Source: Puccinia triticina (lineage: Eukaryota). Taken from it: a stretch of 64,000 bases of DNA. Below, one piece after another: positions 12,474 through 25,798 of the stretch (position 1 is its first letter; every line of letters begins with the position of its first letter). The DNA lies in NCBI GenBank assembly GCA_026914245.1, contig CP110440.1, positions 1,860,001-1,924,000 on the forward strand, in the 5' to 3' direction. The notes below the pieces were generated by a model that was not told the DNA's origin, did no database searches, and was given only the letters and a program-made list of their open reading frames with translations. Position numbers and translations under genes: made by a program.

Positions 12474-13470
12474 TGTCAGCGGCGGCGATACCAAGACTAC
12501 TGTCTTCTAGCTACGCCGGCTGCAACTTTAGGCGCTATAGTTATAGCGGAAGGATGACGAGCTCGGATTCAGAGGGTAGAATTCCGGCAACTTAAAGAAA
12601 GAATTATATTTAAGCACGGAGGGGCTTAACTCAAAGAGTTAAGGGTATTTAAGTGCCCTCCGTAACTATTCAGGGCCTGTAAGACAGGGGTGGTGGAATG
12701 CCTGAAGCAGCGGGGGCCTGGAATTCAGGTTTGGTTCGCTGGGATACCCCGGTAGAAACCTTCAGAGGAAGGGTTTCTATGAGAGAGAAACTAGGGAGAC
12801 TCACTGATTAGTAGGCAATACTTTCACCTACAAAGAGTCCGGGCTGAGTTTCCTAGGAGAGAACCGCGAGCGCTTCGTAGAGTAGCGCTGAAGAAGTTTT
12901 TCTTTTCGAACTTCAAAGAAATCGGACAACGGAGCAGAGAATCTTTTGGTCGAAGGTGTGTTTCGATGGAAGGCGCTATGGTCAATGTCAGGGAGGATGA
13001 AGATGTCCTTTCCCCTTCGGCGGAGGAGGGTCTCTTTATATAGAGTTTTCTATGGATCTCTCGTAGAGATCCAGGTCTCTAGGGATCCTTTGCTTTTTTC
13101 CGCGGGAGCTCATCTCTTTGTCATGACTTCTTGTTACGGAGATGAGCCCTTCTCTTTTAGGGGAAGCTAAGATGAGCATTTTCTATGCTACCGCGAGTCT
13201 TTTTGTAATGTTTCTTGCTCATGCTTTCTTGTTTTAGCGATTAGTCGCATGTCTCCCGTTGCGAGTGTAGCCTCTTTCTTGAGCTATCTTAGTCTCAAAA
13301 CGTTCCTTTGGTATTATTTGTATTTCTGCGCCTCCTTTCTTATTTTAAGGAGGCGCTATTTATTTATGTATTTTTCTTTTTATACTTAGATTTTTTGTAC
13401 GCTAAAAAAGGAAGCGCTTTTAATATTTCATTTATTGTCCAGCTAGCTCTGGTACAGTAGCTAGCTGACA
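12474..13470. mobile_element. Solo LTR (997 bp)
   Basis: TGTCAGC...GCTGACA. Perfect TSD CACTG. Terminal motifs shared with the LTRs at 7145 and 48423. Confidence 0.9.
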
Positions 13471-13555
13471 CACTGCCTGGCAATGCCTGGCAAATGACTG
13501 GAAATGCCTGTCACTGCCTGGCAATGCCTGGCAAATGCCTGGAAATGCCTGGCAA

Positions 13556-14413
13556 CAACAGTGTATCCGCCGCGCTAAGCTAAAAATAAGTGGACATTTA
13601 GCTTAGCATAGCGGTTGACGCCTACATGGCCAGACCAAAAAAGTGATAGCGCAGCGGTGTCCCAGCTGCCCTACTCTCTACACTCAGCAATTGACCACTA
13701 CCCTCCCAGGGCATTGAGCAAATGCACAGCAGAAAATTTCCGCTTTCACTGGATAAAAGCAAAGCAATATCAAAACCCACTACACGCAGCTACATGCCCA
13801 CTACATGGTTGCTAACCGCCAAATCACCGGGTAGAAACCATGTAGCAGGTCCGCAGCATTGCCTGCCATGTGGTTGCTACCCGCTAAATCAGCTGATAGC
13901 AACCACGTTGTGGGTGCGCAGCATGCTTGCTGTCTGCTCAAATCTTCCGCCTATCCACTTTTTTCCCAGTGTGGTTTCTCCTTGTAAGTAGAAAAGCAGC
14001 AGTAAACCACCACGCTGACCGCTTTTTTCGCGGAATTACGCTGTGCTAACGCTAAAAATCAGTGGTACATTGCTAGTTTTCATGACCACTGATTTAGCGC
14101 GCTACAATTCACGTTTTTTTTCCTGGGAAATCAAAAAGTGGGTAGCGCAGTGATCTGTCTGCTGCATGTAGCAAATAGGGTTGGAATTGGGTTCTAAGGG
14201 AGAATTTTTGTAGAGTCTTGAGATCATATTTGCAAAAGCTCATAACCTGTAGAGCAAGATAGTAATTGATAATCAGAATTTCTAATTCCCCCATGGGCTT
14301 CAAATCCCCCTACAACTCGTAACTATATACATGACTTGTTGTGCAAACCCCTACAGCATCAACCCACAAAATCACTGTGCTGCACTAAACACAGCGCAGT
14401 GGATACACTGTTT
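13556..14413. mobile_element. Non-autonomous TIR element with 7-bp TSD
   Basis: TIR CAACAGTGTATCC / GGATACACTGTTT. TSD CTGGCAA (lies within the minisatellite, so weaker on its own). Confidence 0.75.
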
Positions 14414-15743
14414 CTGGCAATGCCTGGAAAATGCCTGGCAATTACTGGAAAATGCCTGGCAAATGCCTGACAAATGCCTGAAAATGCCTGGCAAATGCCC
14501 TCAGTGCTTCCAGGAATTGGAATTTTGGATTGAAGGGTTTTGATCAGACATGGTTGGTCTTCCAAGAACGGCAAAGGAGGGGAGGGGGTCTCAGTAATCC
14601 ACTGGTGAGAGCTTGGCAGGTGGGGAAATGACTTTTGAACTGACCAACTTTGCTGTTTTTTTTGATTGAGACCTGACAGCCGCAGAGGGCAGTGACACAA
14701 AAAATGATTGCATACCACTGTGTTTGAGCGGTTCATGCCAGAAATGCTGGCAACTCTATGCAAATGTGCTGCAGTACCCAGAAATGTCTGGAAAATGCCT
14801 GGAATTGCCTGGCAAATTCCCCAAAATTCCCAGAAAATTCACAACAGTTCTGAGGGGGTTTCACCTGTAAGATGTTGAATTATGCTTATATGCATTATGT
14901 AGTATGCTTCAAAAATAACACTAGCAACCTTGTATATAGTCTATACTAGGTTGACACAGGTGTTTCTCTCCTTAGTGAATCAGAACCATTTTCTTTCTTC
15001 ACTCCTGAGTGTCACAAGACTTTCAGTCTGTGAACTTAATTGTTCATCTCCTGTCACCCTCAACATAAGATACCCTGGAAAGGGTTTGAGGGAACCCAAA
15101 TATTGCCACAAATTTTCTTGGGGGGATTTCTTACAGCTATCATGTCACCCAGGAGGAACCAAATTTTGTTCCGCAAGAAGAAAAAATTCTTATTGTCCAT
15201 TAGACAGATACTAATGTTGTACTCTAGTACTTGTGTCAAGATGCCTTGCTGCGCTTTGTGAACTGTACCGCTGACAAGCGTGTTTTATGAATGCAATGAG
15301 ACATCTCTATGATAGGTAGGGAAACTACCCAAGTGCAGGAAGAGACTGACATTGTTTGTTCTCTTTTTCCCACTGGTAGCGTGTCGCCTGGGGGAGAACA
15401 CAAAACCTCAATCAGACTAGAGTGTTTGTTCTCCCTATTGAGAGAGGAGGAATAAAAAGATATGAAAACTAAAAGTTTTAGGGCAAGAAAACCATCATTT
15501 CAACCTCTCTTCTCCCCCCCCCCCCTTTTTTTTTTTTGGAATTGCAAACACATTTCCCCCTCATTCATGATTTCTAATTCAATGTAAACTAATAATATTC
15601 AATGGGTGGGTGGTCAGGATTTTTTTTTTTTGCTTTTGTTGTTGAGGAGAAGGAAGTGCTGAAAGTGATGGACAGTGAGAGCAGATGGGGGAAGAGAGAT
15701 CCTCAGTCCTGAGAACTATAACAACCCATTGAATAGTTTCTTG

Positions 15744-15975
15744 CAATGGTGGGCCGCTCCACTACACTACGCTTCAAGGCCTCTTATTGTTAGTGTAGCG
15801 GTAAAGAAAGTAGCCCTATTTTCCTGTAGTGTTAGCGCCGGGCTAACGCCGCTACGCCACAGCGCTTTTAGCCGCAAAATAGGCCGAAAACCCGCTCAAA
15901 AGCACTGTAGCGCAGCGTAGCGGGCGCTTTTTTGCACCCTGTTACACCACAGTTTTTGTAGCTGGCCCACCGTTG
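15744..15975. mobile_element. MITE, CAAYGGTGGGCC termini
   Basis: TIR CAATGGTGGGCC / GGCCCACCGTTG. Degenerate 7-bp TSD TTTCTTG/GTTCCTG. Confidence 0.65.
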
Positions 15976-16056
15976 GTTCCTGCCAGGTGCTCAGGCTTGG
16001 TCTGAGCACCTGGCTGGGAACTCCGCCCTTCAATCACTGCACATGGATCTTGGTAC

Positions 16057-16272
16057 CACTGCCAGCATAATTGGCTGGGTTGAGGTTATCCCAATTAAAC
16101 TGGGATGCACTCAACCAATTTAAACTTGGTTGATCTCAACTGATGGAATATAAATCCAAGGTACCCCCCTTGGTTTTATATTTCATTGGATGAGATCAAC
16201 CCATTTTAAACTGGTTGACTGCATCCCAGTGAAACTGGGATGACTTCATCCCAGCCAAATATGCTGGCAGTG
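16057..16272. mobile_element. CACTG-ended MITE (CACTA/CMC-like)
   Basis: Long TIR CACTGCCAGCATA.TTGGCTGGG. 3-bp TSD TAC. Same terminus at 3225 and 5857. Confidence 0.85.
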
Positions 16273-16336
16273 TACCCTCCTGCGTGCCTGGCTTTTGTAC
16301 CACCAATGAAACCCCCTATTCAAACCAGACTCAAAG

Positions 16337-17388
16337 TTTAAGGACTCTATTGAGTCCTTCACTGAGCGTTGTCAAAGGGGCACAAGGGCCATGAAATGTT
16401 CTAGTTCCAACGTTGGGGGTAGAAAATAACAATTTGGACCCAGGTACCGGGTACATTTTTTTCCCAAAGCAGGGACCAAGTACCACACCCAGCACTGCCT
16501 GGCGGGTACCAGCGGTTCTTGAGGCGGGTACCGGCGGTACTTTGTGCCTTTTTTCACATAATTGGCGTACGGGACTGGGGACACCAATTCCCCAAAGTCC
16601 AGCTTGCCAAGAGGTATATCTCTTGGCGAGCTGGTCAAGTCCAGCTTGCCTAGATGAATACACACCTCTCGGCGGACTGGGATTTTACCAGCTCACCGGG
16701 AATAACACTCTTCGCGAGCTGGTGTAAAAATTCAGCTCGCCAGGAGGTGTATATTCCTCTCGGCAAGCGGCACTTTGACCAGCTCGCCAAGAGACACACC
16801 CCTTGGCGAGATGGATTTCTCGCCGAGAGGTGTAGATTTCTCTTGGCGAGCTGGTCAAAGTCCAGCTCGCCGGGAGGGATGCATTCCTCTCGGCGAGCTG
16901 GTACAAATTCATCTCGCCGAGAGGTGTGAATTTCTCTTGGCGAGATGGTCAAAGTCCGGCTCGCCGGGTGCGATGTATTAGGCACGGGCTCCAGCCCCTG
17001 CCGCATCAGGAGGCACTTGAGCGAGTACCTCAAGCAGTAACCGGGTACCCCCCCACTTTTCACAAAAAAAACAGGCACCCGGCACCGCCTGGTGGGTGCC
17101 GGTGGTGCCGGCTACCTAGCAACGGGTCCAAATCATTATTCTCTAGTCGGGGGGCTTCATTGCAAGTTTCCAGAGTGGAGAGAGGGAGAGATCTCTCTGT
17201 AAGTACAACTAGAAAGGAGGAAAGAAAAAGGGAAAGGGTGACTGGCTTACCTTGAGCGGAGAGAGGGAGAGCTCTCTGCTTGACTAGGAAGACGCGGGAG
17301 GAGACGAGTCTAAGTACTTGTGGCAAGTTGGGAATGATGTAAGCGGGTTACAGGACTTTTGAAACCCCACAAGGGGTGGGGGCTTACA
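16337..17388 (-). mobile_element. Short solo LTR (~320 bp net) split by a hAT-like element
   Basis: TTTAAG (decayed TGTAAG)...CTTACA termini. TSD CAAAG on both sides. Confidence 0.7.
16420..17145. mobile_element. Non-autonomous hAT-like element
   Basis: 22-bp imperfect TIR TAGA.AATAA..ATTTGGACCC. 8-bp TSD GTTGGGGG/GTCGGGGG. Internal CTCGGCGAGCTGGT repeats. Confidence 0.85.
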
Positions 17389-20113
17389 CAAAGTTTGAAT
17401 TTTATTCAGTCTTGGGCCGGGAAGAAGATGAACTGATCAGTTTGAGCCACCAACTGCTTCTACTAGCTCAGTCCAATTTGATCCTGTATGATGAGTATTT
17501 TATGGGGTGGGAGAATTTGACATGGGCCTCTTTACAGTGACACAAGCATGTAAAGCCCACCACATGTAAAACTACAGAAAATTCCCCTTGGATAGAATTT
17601 TACACTTACTTTGCCTAAAATCACCCAACGTAAAGTCTGAGCTTGTAAAGGGTAGAATGTAAAAACACCCCTGCGCACCCGCATCCGGTAGTTTCACACG
17701 CTGTTGGCTCAAAACCTTGTTCCAAGAGGGTGCAAATCTCCATCCAAACCTCAAGATGTGTAATTTTGCAACCTTGCAACGGCAATCACATGGTACATCC
17801 TCTCCAAACCGGACTCTTCCTGCACCAACCAACCCACGCACAGTCATCACCTTGTTCCTCAAGCCGCCAACCATCCTTGAACTCATTTAAAAGTCTTCAA
17901 TTTGACAAATCCTGCATTCATTGCAAAGTGGGCCACAGACATTGGAATTGGGACCAACACAACCTGACAGACAACTATGTATGTACAACTACCTCCCACT
18001 TCCCTCATTTGACTTTTGCCATCCATTTCATTTTTACGGCTTCTCAGTGTCTCTTCCCAAACATCCCACAGATAACTCATCCTTATTTCCCCTTTTCTTA
18101 GTCCTCTCCATCAACTCACCTGACTTTACCTGACCATGACCAAAATTGCAAAGCCAGCAACAACGGCGGACTCAAGGGAAGACTGTCAAAGCTTGTGATT
18201 ATTCCTCTCCATCTCTGATCTTTCATCACATGCACGGGCCTACACACAAATGGAGTGAGCAAAAAATTGGACTAACGCTGCTGGCCACATGTCAATCCCC
18301 ACAAGCACACAGAAACTGCATAGTCCCACCCGCCAACTTCAATCTCTTAATCCAGCCACTCTGGTCACCGGCAATGGCAGCCATCTGAAATGTGAAGTTT
18401 GGTTACCCGTCAACAGCCCAGCTGCGCCCACGAACCTCGTCCCTTGTGCCCGCCCCTCCGCCATCACCCCGTCAGTACAACATGTCTGCCCGCAAACCCT
18501 CCTCGCCGCTGCCCAGGGCCCCTAACTCTCACCCTGTTCGCCCCCTTGCCCACCCCTTCTCGCCCCAGCTGTTATCCGACCTGATTGGGAGTATGGAGCA
18601 CAAGTTAGTCAGCGGAGCCGGCGCGAGGGGGCAGATGCGGCGGTACTTGATTGACCTACTCACCGGCGGCCTCTTCCACACCTCTGTTCGCCATTTGCTA
18701 CTCCGCTCCGCCCAGCTCAGCATCCAGGCCCTCCTTAGGGCAAGGACCGCGCACACTGCAGCCAAGATCCGCGTCGCTCAGCTCGACAATCTGGGGCGCC
18801 TGCAGAGACAACAAGATCCGCAAACCTGTCCCCAAACGCGCCCCCCATTGCGCATAAGTGGCTCCGCAAAGCCGCTCTGATTGAACTGAGGTGGAGGGAC
18901 AAGCAACGTAGAACGGTCCTATGGAGGGCCCGCCTGGTCTGTCTTCTGACCTTCTCCTTTTTTCTCTCTTCTTACTTTAGTTCTCACTTTTGTCTGCCGC
19001 GTTTTGTTCCTCTTTTGTGCAGTTGAAAGTCACTGTCATCAAGGAAATTGAGGCGGCGGGGAGGAAGCCCCGCTAGAAGAAAAACACAGACAATGGTAAT
19101 GCCCCTGGATTGACCACTACTAAGCTCGCAGCGCCATTCCCGGAGGGGCCCCTGTCGCTGGAAGAAAGCATGTACAGCCAGCTTAGAGGGCTGCTTGCAA
19201 ACAGGACCAGGACAAGGGGCTGCCATTGACTTGGCCACAATGTGGTTTCCTCAACAAATTTTCAGCCTTGGCCATTGGAGCACATCAACTGGGATTGTAT
19301 TCTGGCGCACCATCACAACTTGGAAGCCAAAGGAAACAGGGAGTCAAAGGGCTGGGGGGCTTTGGGGTTGTAGTCATTGTTTCTTCTATATTTTTGTTTC
19401 CTGTTTGTTCCATGCTGCATTTCTTGGATAGTTTATTTGGTTTTTGTTCTTTTCTTATGTGCAATTTATTGCATTACGCGCTCTTTTTCTCCTAAGATGA
19501 ATTGTAAATTTTATCTGCTGAATTTTGCCTATTTTTTCCACCGCATGTAAAATTGCATATTGGGTGTTGGAAGTTATAATTTTGCATGGTATCCATTTTA
19601 CATGGCTGTAAAGAATTGTGTTAATTTCAAGAGTTTAGGATGAAGCTGCAGTTTCACATTGCATGATTTTTGCATAGTCCACAGGATGTGGAAAATAGAC
19701 TGTAAAATTGTATGGTAGAAAGTACAGGTATGATTTTACATGGTGCTGCTTTACGTCATGGGGTGGAATTTTTGTGATGGAATGTAAAATTGGGCCAATT
19801 GCAACCGTTACACAATTTTACATGTTCTCCTTTTTTCAGGGTGGATGCCATGTAAAACATAGCATGTAAAAATCAGGATCCCCATATTTTATTCATATGG
19901 CAAGGGTGGGCCACTACGCTACAGGGCCGCTATGCTTTAGCGTAGAGCAATTCTTTTTGAGCAAAAACTTGCAGCATTAGTGGGATTCTACACTGCTAAA
20001 CTAATCACGTAGTGTAACTTGTTGTTTCCGTGCTAACACTTTTTCAGCGTTAGCACAGAAAAAAAATTGCAACACTAACTGTTAGCATAGCTGATTCACC
20101 GCTGTGGTAACCC

Positions 20114-21902
20114 TGTTCCCACTCATATCACCATTCTTATATCATACATATCCATCACATATCCATCATTATTATTCCAGATTCAGATTCTACACCTCAT
20201 TTTACCCCTAGTCACTCACTCATACCACCCTGAAATTCCCTTTGGATCAGAAGTTATTAGCATATACAGTTTCATTGGTACTTTCCTGCTTCTTACATTT
20301 CATCTACATTACATATTTCAGTCATCATCACCATAGCTACATATATTACACATTTCATAGTGCTCATCATTACTTCACTTCATCATTACACATTTCATAG
20401 TGCTCATCATTACATCACTTCATCATTACAGTTCATAGTGCTCATCATTACTTCACTTCATCATTACATTTCATAGTGCTCATCATTACTTCACTTTATC
20501 ATTGCTCATCTTCAGACATTGTCACATTGTGCTCATCATGATTTCCCCTTGTTGTATTTCCTCACATATATACTCCCCTCTATATGTTGTATCCCCATTC
20601 TACTCCATACACCCTGTATGACCTTTTCACCACACCATTAGATACACCTTCATCAGTACACATTTCACCACACCATTAGATAACATTGCCATTCACACAT
20701 CTTATACACTTTCACACATACCAGAAATATATCCCCCTGCATATATCATTCACATTTGCACACCACCTTTCATCTTTTTCCCCAATACTCCTCCTCTCCT
20801 CCTCATACCCTACAGGTACATGTAGTCAGCTCATAGTATTAGTCAGTCTAAGATCATAGTAGAAAAGCCACACCTTTCTTCTTTTTTTCTTAGTGTTACA
20901 CTCATCCCCAGCAGTATTAGTCAGGAAGGCAGCTCTTATATCAGCATCCTTGGCATAGCTTACATTAGTACTAGTGTAGTTATACATTTCCCTTCCCAGC
21001 TCTATTCTCCCATTTGAGTAGTTCCACACCGCTAACAGATTATTTCCCCTCAGTATTTTAGCAGATTTACCGCTAACATATTTTCCCCCCCCAGGTGTGG
21101 TAGATGAAAATGAGAAAAATCAAAAGTTTTTCTCTCATTTGCGTAATTAGTCATAGATTGCCTCACAGTACAGCCATATGGAGCCCAGAAATGGAATCTA
21201 CGGCCAAACTTACCCCTATTCACCACTGGAAGCATAACCAGAGCTACTACACTGGAAGTTAGCCCTTTTGGACAACCTGTAGCATCCTGTCAAACCCCTG
21301 TCATGCATCTCAAGCCACATTTTACCGCACTTACACATACACTCCCATATGTTCTCCGCTCCACTCTAGCTCCAGTGCATATATTAGTTTGTATTTGTTC
21401 GCCATCTGCATTACATCATGTAGCACTGCCCCTGCAGGCTGTGCCCCGCAACCCCATTGTTCCCTGCCTCATTCATGCACCTCCTTGCATAAATTAAGCA
21501 CAGTCTCACTCATCCACGCACTCCTTGCATAAATTGTACACAGCCACTCCTGTATTTGCACAGCCCCCCCTGGAGCAAAAATCACTCACATTTGTCTATA
21601 TAAGGAGCTCTCTCCCCCCCCCCATTTTTGTTCCCCAGTCTACTACTCATCAGTGATTTACTCACTGCTTGTACTCACAATACTTCCAACCTACTACTAC
21701 ACTCATAACAACCCTTACATAGCAATATATCATTATACTATGTCTTGAACAAACTCATCTTGAGCATTCAACTCCTATCACCTTGTTAAAACTTGCCCTT
21801 GGTGGGTCTTGTAGCTGGTATTATAGAAGGTCAGAGTTTTCACCTCCATCATCCCCTTCTCCATTCAGCAAAAGTGTTTCACAGCCCCTTTTGAGTCTTA
21901 CA
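20114..21902 (+). mobile_element. Large LTR-like insertion with 38-40-bp tandem repeats
   Basis: TGT...TACA ends and strong C/A/T strand skew. CATAGTGCTCATCATTAC repeats at ~20350-20500. Splits an AGCGCT-rich MITE-like sequence. TSD imperfect. Confidence 0.5.
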
Positions 21903-22559
21903 ACTCTGAATTCAGCGGTTCGCCGTGGATGCCTGCTGTTGATCAGCATTAGCGCAGCGCCGCTGAAGGGCGCTAACAATTAATATCAGCGCAGCACAGC
22001 AGAATGACTGCTGAACAGCCGCTGACTGCTTTTTCAGCGTCAGCGCGCTGATTTTTTTGCGCCCTATTGGGAACTGAACATGGCTGCAGTGACAGCGGCG
22101 CTGCCAGCGCGCTCACTACAGAGTTTCATCCACACAATCAACCTCCCCACCACCCATTTGCCCACCATTGGACCTCAATTGGTCCTTATGACCATGTTGG
22201 AGCGCCTCAAAATCAGCGCTCTGACGCTGAAAAAGCAGTCAGCGGCTGTCAGAGGTCAACGTATGACCGCTGATTTAGCGGCGCTGAAATCATCAGTTTT
22301 TTCTCTTGAACTTAATCAGCTTTTAGCGCAGCGCTTTCCCCGCTGAATTTCAGCGCAGCAGGGCGCTCCCAAAAAAAACCTCTGCGCTGTTTGCAGCGCA
22401 GTGGTTTTACCGCTGCTAGGAACACCTGTCAATGCTTATCCGGTCAAATTTTCTGCAGATCAATGTCACTTGAGATTAAATTTGAGTACCAAGGAATTTC
22501 AGTTAGGCCCTGCTGATTGTTTTGTGACCGTGGCTCCGAGCAAAAATCAAGAATGTCCT

Positions 22560-23570
22560 GCATTTCGCGCCTTTCACATTCTTCTTGCAGGCTGTTGCAA
22601 AGGTGCTCCTCCAAGCCGTCCTCCTTTGCATATGGCAACGGTTCCAGGTCTGTGAAAGATGGAAGCTTGTTGATACCAAGGTGATTGTAGCTTTTTTTTA
22701 TTGATGAGCAGACTGGGAAGCTGGCCTCATCAAACTGGGACTGCTTGGTTGTTACAATTGACTTGTCTTCTTGTCAATAGACACAATAGGCTGAAAAGTC
22801 ATTTTCATATCCAAGTAGTACTCCGTCACATGAAATTGCATCAAAGCTTACTCAATTTGCTTTTGGCTTCACTATCCATGCTCTACATCCAAAAGCCCTG
22901 AAAAATATATTTTAGGCTTGATCTTAAACATCAGCTCAATGGGGGACGCCTTTGACTTGGCTAAGGACAGAAGGAAATTGGTGATAGCTGTGTCTTTTCT
23001 GATGGCTTTGGCCCACCACTCCTGTGCCAGGTTTGCCTGCATAATTTGTGTTCTGGTCATTTCAATAATTGTGTGATTTGCCCTTTCTGTGAAACTGCTA
23101 TGTTGAGGCGTGTACGGTGGAGAAACCTTGTGGTTAATACTGGCTTCCTTGAGGGTTTCAGAGAGTGTTCTGTTGACAAATTCGCCTCCGCCATTGCTTA
23201 TTAGCTTCTTGAGTACATGACTTGTTTGCTTTTCAAAGAAAATCCAGCATTCTTCTGTAGCCACTTTTGCATTGCTCTTGAGCTTGAGAATTACCGTTTG
23301 GATGTAGCCAGTATGTTGATCCACCAGAGTAAGAAAATATCTCGCAGCAGAATTTGTTGCAGGCATTATTGGACCCACAAGATATGCATGTACAACTTCT
23401 GGTGGCTTTGAAACCGGCTTGAAGTGGCTGCTAAAAGGCAAATGTTCAATCTTGCCCTTCATACAGGCATCACATGCTCTTACCACATTGGTAGGGATTT
23501 CAAAGTTGAGCATGGATTGGATTCTTTTCCTCCCAGCATGTCCAAGGCGGCTATTGTAATTATGGCCTGG
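22560..23570 (-). pseudogene. Ty1/copia integrase fragment (degenerate)
   Basis: ORF 22872-23513: CDAC zinc motif, VH(A)YLVGP, YFLTLVD, LISNGGGEF, SPPYTPQ..ERANHT. Two catalytic Asp residues are mutated. Confidence 0.9.
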
Positions 23571-23668
23571 TGTTATACCTCTCTGGGGGAAAGTTGATGC
23601 CCACTACAATCCTGTAGTTGGGTGGTACCTTTTCTTCCTTCCCCGGGGTTTTTACAGGTTATGAGCCC
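23571..23668 (+). mobile_element. Putative 86-bp copia 5' LTR plus primer-binding site
   Basis: TGTTAT...TTTACA followed immediately by GGTTATGAGCCC, the same PBS as at 53257. Confidence 0.65.
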
Positions 23669-23960
23669 AGCTTTGCCTCTGTTTTGTGTTCAATTCCCAT
23701 TTCCTAAATCTTGCACATGTCACATCTCCCCAGCTTTTAACCCTCACATTACATGACATAACTGTCATAGCTAATTCTAATCTTATATATAAGCATATTA
23801 TTGATTATTGATTTAGGAGTGTGGTTGCCTTAAAATAGTTCCACAGTTCATGGGTGCCAAAAGTACCATCTTAAGATAAAACAGAGTATCCTCTTGAACA
23901 TATTATTAGTATAGTAGCCAGTATGCGTGAAAGTTGACATCTGTTGGGGGGGAACACTTA

Positions 23961-24098
23961 GGCTCCGTTTGGCTGCCGCGTTATACGTCATAAATGGTTG
24001 AATTTATGACGCGCAACCCCCGGGTGTTTCAACGTTTTGATGGCAACGGGGGGCAAACTTTGGGTTGCGGCGTCATAAATTCAACCATTTATGATGTA
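23961..24098. mobile_element. Tourist-like (PIF/Harbinger) MITE truncated by a Helitron
   Basis: TTA|GGCTCCGTTTGG start. 29-bp internal inverted repeat 23985-24012 / 24070-24098. Right TIR missing. Confidence 0.6.
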
Positions 24099-24128
24099 CT
24101 AGAGGCCAAGGCGGCTTCGCCACTGCAA
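24099..24128 (-). mobile_element. Helitron 3' terminus
   Basis: A|CTAGAGGCCAAGGCGGCTTCGCC: hairpin + CTAG + T on the minus strand. Confidence 0.75.
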
Positions 24129-24801
24129 TATCAGGGGTCCAGAAAGAATATATCTAGGATGATTTATTCCCCATCTTCCAATGCACATGACTGATCAATA
24201 TGGAACTCACAAGGTATTCCCTGTTAAACTTATAAAAGTGTTTCATTATGGGCCACAAGTTTAAAACCATACATCCAAGTTTATTAAATCCACACAAATG
24301 TGGAAACTTAGATCTAAGTTTTGGCGTGTTTTATTGCAAAATACCACAATTTAAATATCACATACACAATAGACAAGTTGAAAGAATCCCCAAACACCTT
24401 AAATAGGCACCTTGGATTGACCCTCCAGCCGTGCCAAAGCAACAAGCAAAAAAGGGCCAGTTGTGAAGGACTCTGTGAGGAGCCATCAAGGAGGGGCCTA
24501 ATCAAGCAATTAGGGCGCCTCCAGGGAGGGGGTGGAACAAAACCAGAACCCCTGGGGGACAGCGGACACAAACCCCACCCCCTTTAAATATCCAAACATC
24601 TGGCATCACGTGCACCAGCCTTGCCTCGGTCCAGTGCCACGCCACCCGCATCCTTGCCAGCGCCATGCCCACTGAATCCGTGCCAACACCCTAAAAGACC
24701 CTGACCAAGCTTGCATCCAAGACCACCTGAACAACCATCCAAACCTCAACATCACCAATCCATACCCTCGACCAACCAACCCAGAATCCAAGAACTACCA
24801 C

Positions 24802-25798
24802 AATGATCACCGCACAGCAACTCCTACTTCTCTTGGAGCATCAACAAACACTACAGATCACCCACAAAGAACAGCAAGCTGAACAAACGGCCTTCAGACG
24901 TGCCGTTTTTTTTTCTCAGGACGCTACCGGCTGTCTGTTTGCAATACCTGGATTCTGGGATTCAACACCTGCTTGCTGCTCTAAACAATCACCCACAAGC
25001 TTGAGTTTAATGGCCAACCACTGCACGAAGGGCACAACACTACAGTGCCTCAATTATGAAGAAGTTCCCCCTGTTGGCAAACTGTTTTGGCTTCTTGGAT
25101 GGACTGAACCTGCCAGTCTTAGTTTCTGAAGATGAAGCGTGGGTTTACATCACATATCGTACAATAAATTCTTTACTGACTTTGCCTTTAGTATTGAAAA
25201 TGCATACTCCAACGGCTAGACATGCTCGCACTACTGTAGCTGTATCCTTGCCTTTGCGCCCACTGGAACGATTATGTATGCCATACTCAATGCGCTGGGA
25301 TCTTGGCATGATTACACCATAGCTGAGCCATTGTATGAGCAGCTTCTTGAACAAACACCACCTGGCTATCACATAATCAGTGACACGGCCTTTCCCCGCA
25401 AGTAAGAAAGGCTCCAACAGCGGATCCTTGCCCCAGTCAAGCGTGGCGATCGTCTTCCAACCAACTCACAAGAATATGCTTGGCTCCAGCTCCTCAACGA
25501 ACAGCTTGTATCCGCACGCCAGGCAGCCGAGTGGGGAATGAGATCCATTCAAGGCTCATTTGCTTGATTGAAAATGCCGCTGCCAGCAGGCAATCATCAA
25601 TATCGAGCAGACATTCTGCAAGTTGTTTGCCGCCTTCATCAGCTCCAATGCCAATTGGTTGGGATCAACCAAACAGCAACGGCTCACCAGTCAGTTTGGG
25701 ACAACAATCACATCTTATGTCAGGACTTCCACCAGATGTTATTCTCCGACATCAAAAGCAGATGTCACATATCTCGATATTACGACACAGTGCTATGA
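24802..25798 (+). pseudogene. PIF/Harbinger (DDE_Tnp_4-like) transposase pseudogene
   Basis: CFGFLDGLNLPV, then (across a probable intron) YAILNALGSWHD, IISDTAFP, LVSARQAAEWGMRSIQGSF, LKMPLP. Contains stops and deletions. Confidence 0.8.

Noticed and set aside
12000..12595. MPGKCLANAWQ / ARHLPGICQAF repeat proteins
   Set aside because: Six-frame read-through of an 11-bp minisatellite.
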